Source: Octopus sinensis (Eukaryota). From it: a stretch of DNA of 64,000 nt. A program made the translations under genes and the position numbers. Shown in pieces: positions 24,823 through 37,578 of the stretch. Where the stretch lies: the NCBI RefSeq assembly GCF_006345805.1, contig NC_043010.1, positions 31,062,001-31,126,000 of the forward strand, read 5' to 3'. The first letter of the stretch is position 1, and each line of letters begins with the position of its first letter. The notes below the pieces were generated by a model that did not search any database, was not told where the DNA came from, and saw only the letters and a program-made list of their open reading frames with translations.

Positions 24823-25110
24823 TCACAGGCCATGGAGATTGATGGCATTAATGTGGTTGATGTTTTTCTTGAATATTTTTTTTAAGTTGACTGCTAGTGG
24901 AAAAACATAGACAGGATGGGAATTCCAGAGCGGTGCTGTTTGAGGGGGAAGTGATTGGTGTGTAGCTTGGATGAAGAACACATAATATGGATAATTAGAG
25001 AGGAGAGAAAGAGAGATTGTCCCCATATGGAGATAGCGTAAATCAGCTGTGAGAAGCTGAGATCACTCTTGTACTGGTAGAAGCTCAGTGACAATGCAAC
25101 ATGTCCATTT
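24823..25110 (-). mobile_element. 3' end fragment of a Jockey/CR1/L2-group LINE
   Basis: PQTAPLWNSHPVYVFPLAVNLKKIFKKNIN resembles the PRT..LWN.LP..VFP...NL..FK..IN terminus. Confidence 0.6.
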
Positions 25111-25286
25111 TCCAGAGGTTGGAGGTGACTAAATGCTACTAAGCATTTTGCCCAGCATGCTGATGATTCTGGTAGTTCACTGCCTTAATAATAATAATAA
25201 TAATAATAATGATAATAATAATAATAATAGTGATAGTAATAATAATAATGATGATGATGGTAATGATAATTATTATAATAATAATA

Positions 25287-25829
25287 AATGCCCTAATGCT
25301 GTACCAGGCAGTGGTTCTCATGGATTCTGATCTTAACTGATTGGCAGTGTTATCATGTACATTGTTTTGTCTTGGTATAAAAGATGGGCTACAGCAAATA
25401 TTCTGCTCAATACCACAGATTTTCTTGTCAGTTGTTGGACCATAACCAGTTGAGCATGTCCCTTGGTGGCTGACAATACGTACATCTCTGATCACAAGCA
25501 GAAGTAGTTGGGGGAGCATCATAGCCATGTGTTAAGAGGAATTCTTTGGGGTTTGAATAATTCACCTCTGGAAACATGGGTGTTTCATTCAACATCCTTA
25601 AACAACCCTTATTCAGGAAGCTTTTTAACGTGATGGGCTATTCGACTTGAAGAAAATTCTAACTGGGTCCCACCTGCAAGGTCATGTGCTGTTTATCTTG
25701 ATATGAGATCACCAAGTTGCACACATATGGTTTTAATGCATGTGCCTGATGTACTCATGATGGGTATATTGAGCTTCATATATTTGTACCCAGTTTCACT
25801 TTGACAGCATGCGCTACTCTCTCACTCAG
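25287..25829. mobile_element. ~540-bp non-coding insert bounded by (TAA)n on both sides
   Basis: Complex sequence between (TAA/TGA)n at 25188-25286 and (TAA)n at 25830-25852. Confidence 0.45.
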
Positions 25830-26339
25830 TAATAATAATAATAATAATAATACTGTTTTCTTTATTAACCACTAAGGGTCCACAAAAACATTGGAGACAT
25901 GCCTTGAGGAATGGCAGCAAGTAGCTAAAGTAATAGAACTGTTCTGAAAGAATTTTAGAAATTCATTACTGAGAACTCATAGACTTAAGAAAGTGGAGGA
26001 GAATATGTGTAATAGCATTAGTAGTTAGATTACTAGTTGTAATACCAACAAAGCTTCCATTCTAACCTTAGGCAATTACAAATGAAACTAAGTAACTGTA
26101 ACACACTGCAGATATCTGCCTGCATTGCTTGGATGATTTGCCAAATTCCTCGGCATTTAAGTTTTTGTTAAAAGTTTTGCTCTAAAATATGGAAGCTTTA
26201 TTTGTATCTTCCAATTGTTGACACCTATGTTCTCTATATCCTAACAATATAATGATATGTATAATAATATGCAAAAAATTATTATGATAATTATGTTGCT
26301 TGTGTATAATAATGCTAATGATATGTTTTCTTTTAATAG

Positions 26340-27281
26340 CTGACAGATAAGCCGAAAGACAAAACCCTGTTCCACTGTAGTATTTGCAGCAAAATATTCT
26401 CTCAAAATATTTATTTAAAGCAACATATGAAAACACATGAAGAGGAGATGGGTGTGAAAAAAGATGTACCAAAGGAGAAACCTGTACACAAGTGTGAATT
26501 CTGTGACAAGACATTTGATAGGAACAGCAGTTTAGTTTATCATAGGCGGTCACATACTGGAGAGAAACCTTTCGAATGCAACGTCTGTAATAAGATGTTC
26601 ACTCAAAAGGGAAGCCTTAAAGTGCACATGAGAACACATACTGGGGAAATGCCCTTCCACTGCCAAGTGTGTGAGAAAAACTTTTCCCAAGAATGCTCAC
26701 TAAGGATTCACATGCGTAGACACACTGGAGAAACACCTTACAGTTGTGAGTATTGTGATAAGGTATTTGCCCGAAAAGACTACTTAACTCTGCACACCAG
26801 AAGTCATACTGGTGAAACACCATACCGTTGCGATACGTGTGAAAAAGTCTTCACTCGCAAAGAGCATCTCAACACACATAAACGAATCCATACAGGTGAA
26901 AGACCATTTAATTGTAAATTCTGTGGTTACTGTTTTGCTGACGTTCGAACCTTGAAACATCACATACGAATACACACAGGAGAGAAACCGTATCGATGTG
27001 AGATCTGTGGGAAAGCATGTTCCAGGAAATACAGCATGACCATACACATGCGAACTCATACACGTGCTACAAAAATTGAATGTGAGATTTGCAAGAAGAT
27101 TTTTTCTCGTAAGAACAGTTTAAATGTCCACATGAAATCGCACGCTGAGGTGATGAGCCACCAGTGTCAGATTTGCAATGAGTATTTCTGGAGTAAAGAA
27201 AATCTTGCTCTACATGTGCAAAAGCACTGTGAAAACAAACCATTTGAAAGTGTGCAGGAAGGTTTCCTTTCTTGTAAGTGA
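26340..27281 (+). CDS. C2H2 zinc-finger exon of ZNF-B, 10 fingers
   Basis: The frame is open from acceptor ttttcttttaatAG (26339) and reads [33 protein letters not shown] (a finger missed by the ORF track), then nine more fingers with TGEKP/TGETP linkers. Confidence 0.93.
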   Translation: MTDKPKDKTLFHCSICSKIFSQNIYLKQHMKTHEEEMGVKKDVPKEKPVHKCEFCDKTFDRNSSLVYHRRSHTGEKPFECNVCNKMFTQKGSLKVHMRTHTGEMPFHCQVCEKNFSQECSLRIHMRRHTGETPYSCEYCDKVFARKDYLTLHTRSHTGETPYRCDTCEKVFTRKEHLNTHKRIHTGERPFNCKFCGYCFADVRTLKHHIRIHTGEKPYRCEICGKACSRKYSMTIHMRTHTRATKIECEICKKIFSRKNSLNVHMKSHAEVMSHQCQICNEYFWSKENLALHVQKHCENKPFESVQEGFLSCK

Positions 27282-28269
27282 CCAGAATATTCTAATATTC
27301 TACAAGATACCTGAACTGATGCTGAAAAGTGACAGCTGCTAAAATTGTTAAAACAACTGCAGCAAAAACTGTCTTTTCATAAATTCCATATGTGTGTATG
27401 TGTATGTGTGATGTGTGAGTATGTATATAAATACATATATGTGCATGGTAGTGACTGACCAAAAGTAGCAATGTGAAGGCTCCGTATTCATTGAGCTCTT
27501 CATTGATGTAGAGATAGATGTCGCTCTAATTCTTTGACAGTTACATATTGGTTACCTGTTTTTTTTTTGTTTCATTTTCTTCCAAACCCATAAGTATGAA
27601 ATGTTTATGTCACAATGTCTTGACTTGAACTTTTAATATCTAGACTCATATTATACTCTACAACAGAACTACCGTCCTACACAGAAACACGTACAAGAAT
27701 ATAAACACACATATGTAACACATCTACACATGTATATATACAAACACATTCACACCACAAACATACCCATATTCAAGAATATTGTCATTATATATATACA
27801 CACACATGCATATTGATAAAATATTTGTTTCCTACTAGTTTATCATTAATGTTAACGATTCTAAATGTTAAGAACTTGGATGGAGGATGAGCTGTATATT
27901 TTATTCTATTTGTTCTAGATGTTGATCTATCAAGCAACTCACCTAATATTGACCAACAGGGTCATTATTTTATGCTAATTTTAATTTTGCACAATTCTTC
28001 CAGTAGTTTGATCAGTGGTTCAAATGATCATCATTTTACTTACTCGTAAGCATAAACTGTCAATGAATGTTGGACTAACATTCTACTACTGTGTGATATT
28101 TACACAAGATATGTCTGACCTGTTACATGGTTCCTTCTTTAAAACTTCTTTCATTCTTAAGAATATGCCAGCCTCTCTTCCTTTCTCTGTACATTGGTTG
28201 ATCGTCACTTTCTGTTCATAGTTCATAGTTCAGTTTAGTAACATATAATCATTATCATACTTGTTCGCT

Positions 28270-28800
28270 TGCTTCATACTCTTACTTGATGGGGATGGGA
28301 TCATCCCAGAGATATTATCATGCATAGAGCCAATCAAGTCCACCAGTGCTCTCTATCACTGGCAGTTCCTAACCAGCCCCTCTGCATCCTGCAAGGTGAT
28401 GTCAAGCCTCTGGAGAAACCTCCTTAATCATGTCCAGCCATTTCGTGCAGGGCCTACCACAAGGCTTCTTCCAGCCCTTAGCTGCTGCATTGCATGAGGG
28501 AAAAGCACTGGTAGGATAATCTAGCAGGAAACAGTGGACATGTTCATATCAGCACATGCAATGGACAGCTATGAGGTGGGAGGCTGCAGGTTGATGTGCG
28601 CATGCACACAGTTCTTTGTTCTTCCCCTTCATTCTCCTCTGTGGAACAGAAATGTGATCCTTTTCAAATACCCTGACAAAGAGGATTGACAGCTTTGATA
28701 GCAGAACCTTGAGAACCATCGAGAACATCAGCTGATACCATCACGTATATCCAACAAAGCTATCATCCTATCAAGATTTACTTTAAACCTGACCTCAGCA
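28270..28800 (+). mobile_element. RTE-type LINE fragments, internally deleted
   Basis: DGDGIIPEIL, then ILLCGTEM*SFSNTLTKRIDSFDSRTLRTIENIS*YHHV. Confidence 0.6.
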
Positions 28801-29735
28801 ACCTTTAATTTTTCTCTATATTCAAAACATGTGTCATTACTCAAACCTTAATACTACCAACATTAGCTCCGGCAGTGATGCTTCCATCACCCTCAAACAT
28901 CCTAGAACACGTTCCAATCCATGCCAGAATATCGCTATTTCTCTCAACAAAACTGTATCTCAGACTATAAAAGCACATTCCAGCATGCCCCATTACTGAA
29001 AAGGGATTCATCTCTGACAATGCTAACTACTAATTTGTGATATTTCACAGGTAATGGAAACAAGTATAAACAAATATTTCATTCATCACTTTCAGTCTCT
29101 CTTTCATATACACACACACACATGGTTCTCTCCATCCTAAAATTCTGTCAACTCTGGTTTGCTCATAAGTTTGATTATGTAGCCAACATCCTTCCTTCAA
29201 TTCAACTGATGGGCCTACTTGTTTCTTTTAAACATATACTTACCCTTCACTTGTGTTTTTACTCTTCACTCTTCATTAACTTCCTGCACATGTCATCTAC
29301 AAGTAACCTTGATATATCCCATTCTGCCTTCAGGAGGGGCTGAACAGTGACGTTTTTGCAAACATCTCTCAAAAGAGAGCTAGCAACCTAATTTCCTTCA
29401 ACAGCATCAACACGCATATTCAAACTCTTGCTCCTCCCTACACCATATGAATAGAATCAAAGAAAAAACAAAAAGACTAATCGATCAAAGTTACTACAAA
29501 TGTTAGACCTCACAATCTTTCACAGTGGTCTCATATATCATCATCATCATCATCATTATCGTCACTTTTAACATCTACTTTGCCATGCTTGTATGAGTCA
29601 GATGGGTTTACTGGAAAAGATTTTTTTCATAACTGGCCATGTTCTTCACAGAATATTGGAAATGAATAAGGCTGCTTTATGACTGACATTCATTTACAAC
29701 AATTATGTGATGTCAAAGCAAGGAGACACAAATAT

Positions 29736-29766
<31 letters not shown>

Positions 29767-30320
29767 TAAAAGTTTTAACTGAGGAAGTGGAACTGGTAAA
29801 ATGCACACTACATATGTTTCTTAGCTGGCTGAATCTCTGATGTAATAGTTATGCAATGAGGGGTGCTCAACTTGGTTTATCATCAGGCTGAGATCACCTT
29901 AATTAAATGAAGGTTACATGCACACACACACAAATATACACTACACGAATATGTGGTTGGGAAGCAAACTTTTTCACCACATAACCATGCCTGCACTATA
30001 TATATATTTATAATTTTTACACCTGCTGAAATGCATTGGATAAGATTTCTTGAGGTGGTATTTTACAGCCAGATGCCCTTCTTAATCTAACCCTAGTTTT
30101 GCAAATAGGAGTTGAATTATGGCTTTACATGTTAATCCTCTATTGGATGTATCATTTATGGGAAACAAAAACACATAACTGTTGCTGGAATGGTTTCAAT
30201 GCAAAGACACACATACACACCTGCTATATGCATATGTATGACAAGTTTCTGTAGTTTCCATGTACTAAATTAAATTCCATTCACAAGGCATTAAGTCAGG
30301 CTATAGTAGAAGACACTTGT

Positions 30321-30365
<45 letters not shown>

Positions 30366-30788
30366 CATCATCATCATCATTGTTGTCGTCATTTAATGGC
30401 CCTTTTTCCATGTTGGTTTGAGTTGGATAATCTGACAGGAACCAACAAGCTGAAGGCGGCACCAAGCTTCAGTGTCTTCCTTGACATGGTTTCTATAAGT
30501 GGATGCGCTTCTTAACATGAACCACTTTACAGATTGTTCTGGATGCTTTTTCTTTTCTCATGGAACTAGCACTAGTAAGGTAGACCAAGTACTCACAAAA
30601 TGGGGTTCCTCAACTTAGTGGAGTTACAGTATTGAAGGATGTGAAATTATGATAGAGGAACAAGTTTCTTGCTGAAGAGGTGAATACATGGCTTCCCCAG
30701 CAGAAAACACACATACAGCACATAGATATATTCAAAGATGTACACTGTAACATAGATGAAGTATTGACATTTTTATTCAATATAACAT

Positions 30789-31128
30789 AAAATCATAGTC
30801 ATAATGATCAAACACCATCACACTGTAATCATGACTAAACTATCAAACACCAACACACCATATCCATACGCTGATCACAACTTCAACTACAAAATACCAC
30901 CATACTGTATACATACTCTAATCACAACTGCCAAACACTACCACAACACATACAGATTGTAATCACAACCACATGCCAAATACAACTACACCATATTCGT
31001 ACTATAATCACAAGTACATACTAAACACCTTTTCCCCTATAATCATAGTTACAACTACCAAACCCTGCCACAGTATATTTATACCATAATCACAGCTACA
31101 AATACCAAAACACCATCATATAATAATC
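30789..31128. repeat. Degenerate C/A-rich minisatellite
   Basis: A taatcaca(a)ctac-like motif recurs roughly every 40-55 bp. Confidence 0.55.
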
Positions 31129-32209
31129 TCATTTCTGTAATCTCTCTACTGAAAAGTTTTTGTAACAATTTCTACATGTTCCCCACTTTCATTTCTTTTC
31201 TTGTTAATATTCAACTTACAAACTTTCATCCAAAATAGTCCCTTTATTTAAAAAAAAAATATTTTTAGTGTCCAGTTGTTTTAGTTATTGCTTTGGACAC
31301 AGTAATAAAAAAATTAATAAATTGGCTCAGTCTCAAATTCTCTGTCTTAGTTCTGTTGATTCCCTCCAGTAGGAAAGATGTTTCAAACCCATTGCCTTTT
31401 AATTTTATTGTTTAAAAGCCAAATTAAATAATAAAGAAAAACAAATTTGTAAAAGGATGACAAAAGATAAAATAAATAAAATGTAGACATTCCTTTCATC
31501 ACATACCTGAGTTCCACAGCTAGCCGAATTATTGTAATATCAGCCTGCTGTCCAAAAGACTGATAGTTCACATTCTGTCACAGGTACTACAAGGATAGTA
31601 AAATCCTCAATGTTTCAATTTAGTTAGCTGTATATAGAGCTAATGGAGAGATTGAACACACATCTGCAAAAAGCAGGAACATCATATAACCAAGAAATAA
31701 ATCTTTCCTTTGCCTAATTAGGTTCAGTTTTTCACACGAATTATCATTTCCATCAATTTTATACCATGAAAGTTTGGACTGACAGGCATATTACCTCACA
31801 CAGAAGACAGTCAACAACCAAGTTTCTGCATAGCTACTAAACTTGTTGGAAACAACACCCAAATCTCCCACAAATTACACTCTCTCGTCAGAGGGTCAGT
31901 TTACACATGAATCTCAGATGACATGCCATAAGTATTAATTCCTTCTGAATTGCAAGACATTCAGCAAGGTGTTTCCAGCAGTACATCAGTCTTCTGTCAA
32001 AATTACAATACTTAATAGGTTTCTTTACAATATGCCCAGTAGATGTTTATAAACCTTCCTCTTCTTGATATATTACTCTTGCTTTCTGAATCTTTAGCTT
32101 GTTGATCAGTATTATAAATGCAAGTCTGTCACAATACTTTGCAGTCTTATTTAACAATTATATACTCTGTGATGATATGTCAACATTGGGTAATTATATA
32201 TATATATAT

Positions 32210-32256
<47 letters not shown>

Positions 32257-32299
32257 TATATATATATACACATATAGTGTGTGTGTATATATAGTTGAA

Positions 32300-33630
32300 A
32301 TTTACAGAAAAACAAAAGATGAAGACAGGTGTATAAACAACAAACAGATGTATTAGTTTGATGCTAGGGAAGGTGAGAAAGTCTTTTACGTTTCAAGTCT
32401 ATGCTCTTCAACAGAAAAGAACATGAGGAAATAAACAGAGAATCATAGCGATTGGTTGGACAAAGGTAGTTAGACAGGAGAGCAAGGAAGAAGGGGAGAT
32501 AATAAAGTATTGGTGATCCCAAAACAAAGGTGCATGTGTATACATGAGAGTTTGTAAGTATGTGGATAGGGGGCTGGTGACTTTGATGTGTGGGTGCTGG
32601 GAAGTGGTCAGTGCTAGTGAGATGTGTGGTGTGGTGTGCCATGTTGGGGTGTGAGGATGTGGGAGTAGGAGTGAGATGTGGATGGTGGAGTGTATCGAAG
32701 GGAGAAGGTGGGTTGGAGTGAAGAGAGGAAGTAGGTGTCAGATGAAGAGGGGAGTTGAGCCCATGTGGTGCAAGGAGTGAAGAGATGATTAATTGCTGTT
32801 CATGGCGAAGGTGGGAGTTGAGATGGCCCCTGTGCAAAGACAATCCAAATACAGTCAGGTGTTGTAATGAGTGACTGGTAGAGTGGAAATGGCATGAGAC
32901 CGAGGTGTCATTGCTGAGTCTGTCTTTGAGGTGCTCTGCAAACTGGTCAGCCAAGCAGCATCCCGTTTGACCGATGTACAGTGAAGGACAGAAAGAGCAG
33001 GAGATGCAGTAAATGACATTGCTAGAAGCGTCAGTGATAATGTGGGTGCCTGTTAGGATGGTGGTGTTTGAGAGGTAGGGGTAAGTGCGGCAGTGTAGGC
33101 AGGAACAGGGGAATGAGCCAGGTTGGGAGGTAGGATTAGGGAAGAAACTGTGGACCAGGTCACATAGGTTGTGGGCTTGTTTGAAAGAGGGAAGGGGTAG
33201 GTTGGGGAAGATGTGCAAAGTGGAGGGGTCAGGCTGGAATCACCAGAAGGCTCAGAGAATGGTGGGGTGGTAGGTGAGGGAAAATGGAAGACGGGTAATG
33301 GCAGGGTAGGTGTGGGGAGAGAGAGAGAGCAAAGGCACAGAACGTGCTCTGGCAAGGGCGGTGTGGATAGTGGTGAGGGGATATCCACAAAGGATGAAGT
33401 GGTGAGCCATGTGTTGAGACTGAGTCTCAAAGTCATGGTTGTCATTGCAGAGCCTGTGCAGACAGAGGAATTGGGAGTAGGGGATGGAGAGCTTGGTGTG
33501 GGTAGAGTGGGAGGAGGAGAAGTTGAGGTATGGGTGTGAGTTGGTATGTTTGTAGTGGATGGAGGTAGTGAGAGCTGAGTTGTGTATGTTGACCGAAATG
33601 TCAAGGAAGGCAATGAGAGCAATGTTTATC
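32300..33630 (-). mobile_element. Penelope-like element, 5'-truncated: RT C-terminus, GIY-YIG endonuclease, 3' tail
   Basis: IAFLDISV..TTSIHYKHTNSHPYLNFSSSH..SIPYSQFL; NVIYCISCSFCPSLYIGQTG..LADQFAEH; EQQLI...APHGLN. Frameshifted. Confidence 0.9.
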
Positions 33631-33939
33631 ATTATCTATATTTTTGAAATATTGCCACCACTTAACTCATCCTACAACTTATATATTCCCCTAAATTGTT
33701 GAGGTAGGAGAAATTATCACATTTTATGGGTTTTTTTTTTAATTTCCTTTTTTTTAAATCATTCAGATGAAGAAAGGCTACACCAATAGCCCTTTTCTTG
33801 GTACCAGTTTACTTTCCTTCATCACCACAATGATGCTGAAAAAATCATCTCATGATTACATAGAAAATATTCCTGGTTTTTTTTTTTATGGTTTCATCAA
33901 AAGAACAGCAGTGTTCACAATAATTTTCAGAACTTTTAA

Positions 33940-34148
33940 CCCTTTAGCATTTTAACTGGTCATATTCAGCCTAAATATTTATGTTGAAATGGCCAAATCT
34001 GGCTTCTTGCACCTACCTTACAATGACATTCTAAAGATAAGTAATCACTTCATTGAAATTTTGAGGCTACAAGTTAATGATGGTTAATTCAAAAGATTGT
34101 GAATAAATAAGCATTACAATTTGACAGAGTAATCTGAATGTTAAAGGG
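33940..34148. mobile_element. TTAA-flanked MITE, second copy
   Basis: TTAA|ccctttagcatt ... aatgttaaaggg|TTAC. Confidence 0.75.
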
Positions 34149-35125
34149 TTACAAGAGGCACCCACTGACCAGATGGGTGTTGTTAAACTGGTCAATAGGT
34201 TAAAGAACTATCCAAGAAGAGGAACAATCCCCCCAATGGGTGCACAGAATTTCCATTTACCAAATTTAGTTTGGAAGGCTTTGGTTGATATGAGGTGATG
34301 ATAGAATATGCTTGCTCAAGATGCAAAAGGATGTGATGAAAGATCCTGCTTAAATTAGGATTTTCTGCAACAAATCCACCCTCATATCTTGAATAAGTGA
34401 ATAATTCTTCTGCAGAAACATTCCAAGATATGAACAAGAAAATCTCTCTTCTTAATTTAAGACTTTCTTGTTCTTGGTTGTCTCACTAGAACTAAGAATG
34501 GTGATTTTTTTCCTAATGTATTTAAGATGAACCTAGCATAAGGCAGACTGTTGCACACTGGTGATCACATATTCAGAATCCAAGCTGTAGATCCAATAGA
34601 GGCTTCCCATTGAGTTTTCTGGTTCCACCAGAGGCTTTGATCTCAATATTATTCATAAACAAAACATATTCTGCTTCAACCACTTACAGCAGACAGCCAT
34701 AGTGATACTATATCATGGTGCCAATGTAGGGTTAATTGAACTATTTCATTGAGACTTCAGTGTCTTAGCCATGAACAAAATACAGTTCCAGTGAGGAATT
34801 TAAAACCCAATATTCCTGCATCATTTACTTGTTTGTTTTTACTGTAAATTATAACTGAGCTTGTAATACTTGTCATTCTGTCTATTAATGTGTTATATAG
34901 GTAAGTTACTCAAAAAATCATTTTGTGATAGTCACATATTATGTGGCTTTGTAGCATGTTTCCAGAGATTGTTTTTTTTCTTTTTTTCTGAGGCTGAAAT
35001 CAATAAATTGGAAACAAAATAAAAAATGCATAAAACATAGAATCACTAAAAATATTTTGTTTTTATTTTATAAAATATAAATTTTGTTTACTCTGTGCAT
35101 GTATGAGTGTGTGTGTATAACTATA

Positions 35126-35375
35126 GGCACGTGGCTTAGTGTTTAGGGCATTTGACTCACAACCGTAAGGTCATGAGTTTAATTCCCAGTGATGTGTTGT
35201 ATCCTTGAGCAAGACACTTTATTTCACGTTGCCCCAGTCCACCCAGCTGGCAAAAATGAGTAGTACCTGTATTTTAAAGGGCCAGCCTTGTCACACTTTG
35301 TGTCATGCTGAATCTCCCTGAGAACTACGTTAAGGGTACACGTGTCTGTGGAGTGCTCAGCCACTTGCATGTTAA
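35126..35375 (+). mobile_element. tRNA-headed SINE-like repeat with CORE-like domain
   Basis: gtggcttagtg A-box-like head followed by tccttgagcaagacactttatttcac. A diverged copy lies near 11254-11370. Confidence 0.6.
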
Positions 35376-37176
35376 TATAAGCAGTTCCAAACCATTTTAT
35401 CATCACACTTTTTTTTAGCAAACCAATACTCCTCAATGACCCATTTTAAAAAAATGTTTAAAAAGAAACAATTTTCTGAAAATTTAATAAAATCAACAAA
35501 TTATACTTACTTTGAAGAAATATTCCTCAGGTTTTTATCATCATCAATATTTTAATGTCCATTTTTCTATGCTTGCAGAATGGATGGAGTTTATTTAGGC
35601 AAATTCTCTACAGCCAGATGCCCGTCCCATTGCTAACCCTTACCTGTTTCCATACAAAGTAATATTTCCCCATGGCCAGACATATTTTTGCAGAGTATTG
35701 GAAATGTGTGATATTCAATAACAATCATGTGGTGTCAAGACAAGGAAACACAAACATACTATTTCTCTTTCACACACATGTATACATATGCATGATGGGC
35801 TTCTTTAATATATTATGCATTAGTTTGGAGTGGTGTTCTCAACTTGATTATTGTTTCACTACATTTTGGCTGTGTACATGCCAGCCTTCTGAAGCGTACA
35901 CAGCCAAAACAGTGAAAGCAACCAATATTCTATTTGGAAATGGATTATGTAGTGAGGAAAAGATAACATAAACTCAATGAGTTATATTATTTTAATTATT
36001 TCAGCAGAGTATGGGAAACATCTTTTGGTCTTATTAGATTTTCTCAGCAAAGCTTTACCATATTTGCTGATGTTTTAATTAGATGTACAATATTATCAAT
36101 TATTAAGTGTGAAAAATATTTGCATATTTGAAACCATAAATCATCAAACACAGAAGTTAATTACTCAGAGACATCATCTGCATGAAAAAAATTAGTTAAG
36201 TGAGAGTTAACATATTTAATGTGTGTAGATTTAAATGACGTGTATCAGTAGACAAAGGAACATGTCCATCAAATATATTTTGAGATAAAATTTACAGTTT
36301 GCTAATTTGCATTATACAAATACACACAAAATAGCTAAAACAGGTCTTTTAAAATAAGTGCTTAGCAACAACAAAGACAAAATAACTATAAAATACAATT
36401 GAGTTAAATCCATGAATGAGAAAGGAAAATGAGTGAAGAGAGATAATGAAAAAAATGAGAGAGAAAGAAATTTCTTTCAAGGAAAAAGTTAACAATACAA
36501 CTGGTTTACAAACAAAGGGTTTTTTAAGAGATACTTTTGTATTTTATATAACAGAACAAATTGTTTCCCAAATAAGACATCTAACCGTATTTCTTCTGTG
36601 AGTGAGATGATTGTAAAAGTCTTAAAATTAGTTGAAGAAATAGTATGAAAACTTGCATTAAACAATCATTAAAAACGATATATTACTAGCAACCTCATTT
36701 GCTATGTTGCATTTATAGAAACATTTATAGATTTGAATTGCTTCAGGATGATTTGAAAATGGCAAATAAAGAGACACCTATAAAAATTAGCAACATACAG
36801 ATCTATGTATGCAATTTCTCAAATACTTTCTCATACACTTGGAGTATGAGCAGAATGAAATGTCACTTTTCAGTAAGTAAATTAACATTCCAATATTGCA
36901 ACACTTAATATATTTCATACATTTGAGACAGTCCAACGTATAAAAATAAATAAACAATAATGATGAAGATGTGACAGAAGTAACATAACATATGATGGAG
37001 ATGTAACAGAAGCAATGTAACCTAGAGTAGACAATATAAGAAATAATGCATTATATATTTTCTTAATCACTTGTTGAGCAGAGTATTGCTGAGTAAATGT
37101 GCTGGGCCCATAACCCAGAAGTTCATAGGTTGAAATTATGCTCTAAGATATGGATACTATTTTCAATATTTATACA

Positions 37177-37445
37177 GCCAGCCTCGTCTGGCCTCTGTGC
37201 CGGTGGCACGTAAAAAGCACCATCCGGTCGTGGCCGTTTGCCAACCTCGTCTGGCACCTGTGCTGGTGGCACATAAAAAGCACCCACTACACTCACGGAG
37301 TGGTTGCCGTTAGGAAGGACATCCAGCTGTAGAAACACTGCCAGATCAGACTGGGCCTGGTGCAGCCTTCTGGCTTCCTAGACCCCAGTTGAACCGTCCA
37401 ACCCATGCTAGCATGGAAAGCGGACGTTAAACAATGATGATGATA
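37177..37445 (+). mobile_element. Family B repeat with two ~63-bp head units and (GAT)n tail
   Basis: gccagcctcgtctggc..gtgccggtggcac unit twice, then gttaggaagg..catccagctgtagaaac and the tail. Confidence 0.8.
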
Positions 37446-37578
37446 CACTGCAGCTGAGTTGTCTACAAATATACCAACCATCTATTATGGGTCATTAAAG
37501 TACCAGACGTGTAATGAGATTGATTCAACCAATAAAGTACCCCTACCTTTGTACTAATGTAAAAAAAATATTGTTACT

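Noticed and set aside
33053-33622. Pro/Thr/Ser-rich 189-aa ORF
   Set aside because: An alternative frame of the C-rich strand of the Penelope-like element.
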